From: Paramecium tetraurelia
Lineage: Eukaryota
Direction of reading: 5' to 3'
DNA length: 64,000 nt
NCBI GenBank assembly: GCA_000165425.1
Contig: CT868017.1
Span: forward strand, 124,001 to 188,000
Shown piece by piece: positions 57,862 through 64,000 of the stretch (within the stretch, counting starts at the first letter, position 1; each line of letters begins with the position of its first letter). The position numbers were made by a program, and so were the translations under genes. A model generated the notes under the pieces. The model was not told where the DNA came from and did not search any database. It worked only from the letters and a program-made list of their open reading frames with translations.

Positions 57862-58925
57862 ATGAATAGCGATGAAATAATATCTGTTGTTGCCGACATT
57901 GGTAACCTCTACACCAGAGCAGGATTTACAGGAGATGACTTCCCCAGATGGAGTACTTTCTCTAAATGCACTGAGACTATGCAATTCGGAGATGAAGCAT
58001 TGGGGTATGGGAATGGATAGGTATTGGACATATTACAACCATTCAACCCAGATTTATATGAGAATCTATTGAAGAAGATGTTTGAGAAGCTTGGGAAGTT
58101 CAATCCAAAGATTATAGTTTGTTGTTAGCCAATAATTTCCAGACTAAACATGATTTATAAAAAGTGGTCGAAATATTATTTGAGAGTGTGGAAATCCCTA
58201 ATTTCTTCACCATTAGGAATGCAGCCTTGTCAACATTTTCAGCGGGTCGTTCCACCGCATTGATTTTGGATATTGGTGCTTATTCAACAACTGCATCTGC
58301 TGTTCATGATGGTTATACATTATTAAAAACCCAAATTTAAGCGCCAATTGGAGGAGAAATACTAAATGACCCATTTAGACAATTTGTGGTCGGAGAATAT
58401 AATCAATTCAAAAAAACATGTTTAGCCAGAGACATTAAATAAGGCTTATTAACATACGAGCAAATCGATTCAACATAGCAATACGAATTGCCTGATGGAA
58501 AATTCGTGTCCATGTAACAAGCACAGCTTTCTGAGATTGCAGACAAATTATTCAACAGCAATGACAACTTCAAAGGCATCCAACATATGTTATTGGACAT
58601 TATCAACAACTCTGTCAATGATATCAAACAACAATTGTGTTCCACTGTGATTTCCACTGGAGGATCATCTAATATCCCTGGCTTCTTGAACAAATTGTAA
58701 ACCACCTTATCTGCTTTGGCTCCACCAATGTGCAAAGTTAAATTAGTAATGTATCCCTCTAATGTAAATATTTATTTGATTTCATAGCAAAATCGCTATC
58801 ATTCAGTATTTATTGGAGGCTCCATTTTGGCTTCACTTAGTTCTTTTTAGTCTCTTTGGGTGGCAAAGAATGAATACCAGGAATCTGGCAGGTTCAGTAT
58901 TATAGAAAGGAAATGTCCAAATTGA
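57862..58925 (+). CDS. Actin-related protein, ARP4-like
   Basis: VADIGNLYTRAGFTGDDFP, FSAGRSTALILDIG, YELPDG, TGGSSNIPGF, FIGGSILASLSSFQSLW, IERKCP; frame discontinuity near 58095. Confidence 0.85.
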
Positions 58926-59367
58926 TTAATTATCATTAATCTAGAATTTTATCGTCATTTATATATATATGTCTAATTAAATTCCCAAATCTTATTAGTC
59001 AATTCACCTCATAACTCAGTTCGGTTAAAATATATCATATTATAATGTTTTGAATATATCCATATTATGTTAATTAATTCATTAATTTATACTAAAAAAT
59101 ACAAAATATATTTAGATAGCAATAATAAATGAATTCAGCCTTATTGAATGCCTTCATTTGTTTTGAATTCCTTCGAAATCATAATTAATTTTACTAGTAA
59201 GTAAGCATACTCAAGTTTTACTTATAAATTCATAAGCCAATCAACAATGCAAGCATCACAAGTGAACTAGTGAGAAATAATATGAGTTTTGGACTCAAAA
59301 TAAGAAGAATTGATAATAATTCAAAATTAATGATATATTTTAATAATATTTAAAGAAAATTACATAG

Positions 59368-60444
<1,077 letters not shown>

Positions 60445-61469
60445 TTTAAATCAGAAAATTTATATTCAACCAACTTAATAGCTTATTAACTTATCTTCCA
60501 TATGTATTAAGGTTGTAATCTCACTATTTAGAAATCTTAAGAGCTATGTTTATAATAAATATTAATAATCAAGACCATCTTATTAATGTTATAAAATTGA
60601 TATATCATTAAAATTCTTTTTGATATATAATTAGATTGTTTAAAAAGGTATTAATATACTGAAATAAGTCAATATTAAAACCATTAATCTAATGTTGAGG
60701 TAATAAATATATCAATAGGAACAAAAAATATTGATAAAAATTTAATTCAGTAAAGAAATATTGATATTTTCATTTTTTAAACCCAATTTTATAAGCAATG
60801 ACAACTTCATTTCAATAGAAATCTACTTTGCCATCAATAATTACATAGGATTATTCAACATATTTTAATATGGTATTGTTAAAGTAGGAGTGCTGTAGGT
60901 TTACTGATAATATTAGCTGTAGTTATTGTAGTACCAGTTTTTCTTTTTACTCATTGGATATCAAATAATATTATAAATAATTTAATTTACAAAAAAATTA
61001 AAAATATTGAATTACCAAATTTTTAGATGTACTAACTTTAGATCGCAATTAAAAAAGAAGCTAATTATTTTATGATCATTATCTATATTATTAGTTTAAT
61101 AAAAAATCTTCTTATTCTAACAAAAATTTTAGGTAAATTTGTGTTTTAATCTGTAGATGGAAATTATTTATTTCAGAAAAGTAAATGTTAAGAGTAGATT
61201 TCACCCATATTATATATAAAACAAGATAAATTAAAAACTTTTTGATCTAGTCTATTAAAATAGCTCTCCAAAATTTAAAAGAAAATGAAAAAATTTTAAT
61301 TATTATTAAGTTGTATCCTCAAAAACCATGTAATTATTAGAAGAGAATATTAATGAATTTAATAACTTAACGAAATTTTTAGTAAATCATTTATATTTTA
61401 ATCCAGTTTATTTATTCTAAAGTATTAATATTTTTATCATTTTAAGTTTCCCTTCAGAAAATATCTATT

Positions 61470-63143
61470 ATGTCAGCACTATAAACCATTAACTACTTCT
61501 TATTGAGGCCTTGGATAATGATTTTTATAATTCTAGATCAATCTCCTAGTAATTGCTAAAAAGAATATCAAAATTGAATAAGTTAGAGTAAATAGAGCTT
61601 GATTGTGGCTTATAACTAAGAAAGTTTAGATAATACAAGATATGACAATACTTTTTTATTTAACAAATTTATTTATTCAAATTAATTATACTACAATCTT
61701 CAAACTCAGCTAGACTAATAGGATGATACTTTTCCAAATTTTTGTTTGAGTATAAATTTTTCAAAGTTATGATATATATATTATGAAATACTTGATCCTA
61801 TAGACTCCTCTGAAATATCAATTATTATTTTATTTATAATTATCACAACATAATATCAGTCTTGCAAAATTTTTCAGCATATTAAATTTGAATTAATTAA
61901 ACATATTAAAATAATAAAGAGGATATAATATCAATCTATAAAAATAATCATATATTATTGTTATGAACATTTAATTTTTTACCTATTTAATAGTCGGAAT
62001 AGGTAGGTAGTAAAGCCTGCAATAGGTTTCGTCACTTAATTCTTAAATGATATAAAGGCTAAGCATAATCCTAATTCGACATCTCCCAGTAGAATTTTAA
62101 TTTAATAGAGACATTAATTTTTCATTCTAATTCAATACACGACGTTTGAACACTCAAAAATGTAGGTATAGATTTTCTGAAGAAAATCTAATCTTGAAGC
62201 AATTTAGGAGGATGTTAATTCAATAAAGCTCCTTGACTAATAAATGCTCAAAAAATACTTACAGTAAAGCCTTAACAGCTTAAGACCATAACCCATGTTA
62301 ACAAGAAAATTAAATGAATTTGAATCTCCTTTTGTTAGATATTTGCTAGGGTGTTGTCAATATAATTAGATTCGTTTCATCCAGAAGAGATAAAATAATT
62401 TTTGAAACGATATTTTACAAACTTGTTTTATATTCATAGACGATAACAAGACCCTTAATAAATATTAAAAGAATAAATATAAACAATTTAATCAGCAAAA
62501 TACAATTTTATTTTATTAATAATTTTTTTTTTATGGCTAAGAAGCCTTTCTATAATTATCCAACAGAAGGATTCATCTCAAGATGTGAGAATATAGTCCA
62601 CTATGACTTAAGTATCATACAAATATCTTTTAAATCAAATATTAGGCAATCAATAGCGAATTTTAGATCCAATTTGTCCATAAATTGATTCCTTACCTAA
62701 TCATTAATTGTTAGAGAATTTTATATAGAATAAGTAGATTACTTAAATGAAATGGAATCAATTTTTAAATCTTATTAATTATGAAGCTGTTTAAATAATG
62801 GCAATCATTTAATTAACATTTAATAAACAATTTTAATGTACCTGATATAAAAAAGGATGATTGGACTATAAATTAAAATGTTATAGGATTCTTAGAATGT
62901 TTGAACAGAAGGGGATTTTTATTTTTTAACATTTATATCAATATAATTTTGATAATTATTGGAATTATTTAAACATAATCAAACCTACTGTTATGATATA
63001 AGTCTATAGATTGCACTTCTAAGACTTCGAATCAGAAACTTTGGAGTAGATAAGAGGCCCAGATTTACTCATAATTGAATAAAATTATTAATTAAAATTG
63101 CGAAAAAAAAAAACAATAAATTGAGTCGGCCAATAAACAATGA
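61470..63143 (+). pseudogene. Possible degenerate gene remnants
   Basis: Coding-like stretches (from 61470, about 61990 and 62533) repeatedly broken by TGA or frameshifts. Confidence 0.25.
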
Positions 63144-63254
63144 AATCGATATCATTAAATGAGTGCGTTATTTTTTCAAATGAAATGGGTAAAAATTATA
63201 ATTATTAATTATATTTAATTATTTTAATTCAGCAAAATATGAATTATTAAATAA

Positions 63255-64000
63255 ATGTTTTGGATATTTTATATATTAAGATTAGCCTAATCATCTTGTT
63301 CATACACCAATTTTGATTAATTCTAATTGAATAGCGCTAGCTTTTATCAAGAAAAGTAGTATGTGAGAGGAAATCCATATGCCTTTGGTGTATGGACACA
63401 ATAGGCTCCACTTAGAAAAAACTTTTATGGGAACAAATCAAAACCATATTTTGATTCAACCCGTAGTCTTGATGGGTTTCATATTCTTAATTTTCAAAGC
63501 GGAGGTAGCATATAAACATTGTTCTATTAATAGCCAGTTTATGTTACAGGATACCCAATACTAGTATTTTTATAAAATACATAGTCTGGGGTCTTGTCTT
63601 ATAAAATTCAGTAGGGACTCTTTTATTATGAGGGATATTGGGTTTTTACCTATTTTAGTTTTAGCTATAATAACAAATACAATTTTGCATCATATAATAC
63701 AGGGGATAATCGCTTTTATAATTTTTTGATCACAGATAGAAGATTGACTGTATAAACAACGAATGTAAAATTAGAACATGGAGGTTAAGGATTATATGTC
63801 ATAGGAACTAGTAGTTATAATCTAAATTTATTTTCGGGAAGGATTTCGATAATTACGACATTTGAAAGTTCAATTACTTTTTTCTTAAATACAGATAAAG
63901 TTAAATTTTAATAATTTATTTCAAATTGCTATGTTCCTCCAGCATGTTAAAAACCTGTGGAATTATATTTCTTTAATGAAACCTATAATTAAAATAATTT
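63255..64000 (+). CDS. 5' part of a large secreted/surface protein (runs off the window)
   Basis: Signal-like MFWIFYILRLAQSSC; YAFGVWT, YYEGYWVFTYFSF; frame open to the window end. Confidence 0.65.

Overview
AT-rich, gene-dense eukaryotic DNA that reads as ciliate macronuclear sequence, most consistent with Paramecium. TAA/TAG sit in frame inside conserved domains (Gln, translation table 6), TGA is the only stop, introns are mostly 20-35 nt GT..AG, and many intergenic gaps are under 50 bp. The supplied standard-code ORF track therefore shows only fragments or antisense artefacts. I retranslated the genes by hand and found about 40 protein genes and one tRNA-Leu(UAA); some ends and splice sites are approximate. 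Highlights: an MT-A70 (DPPW) adenine methyltransferase with four ZZ-type zinc fingers (AMT2/AMT5-like); a minimal Dicer-like gene with two RNase III domains; an intron-containing stand-alone CheY-like response regulator; a tandem pair of small MGCC-start proteins sharing a C-terminal motif that I could not assign to a family; two probable pseudo-enzyme domains (Sac1 R->Q, DUSP C->S); a 50-Gln tract that includes a pure (TAA)41 run; apparent frameshifts in a Rab-like and an ARP4-like gene; and head-to-head gene pairs only 8-21 bp apart. No transposon, CRISPR array or telomere was seen.
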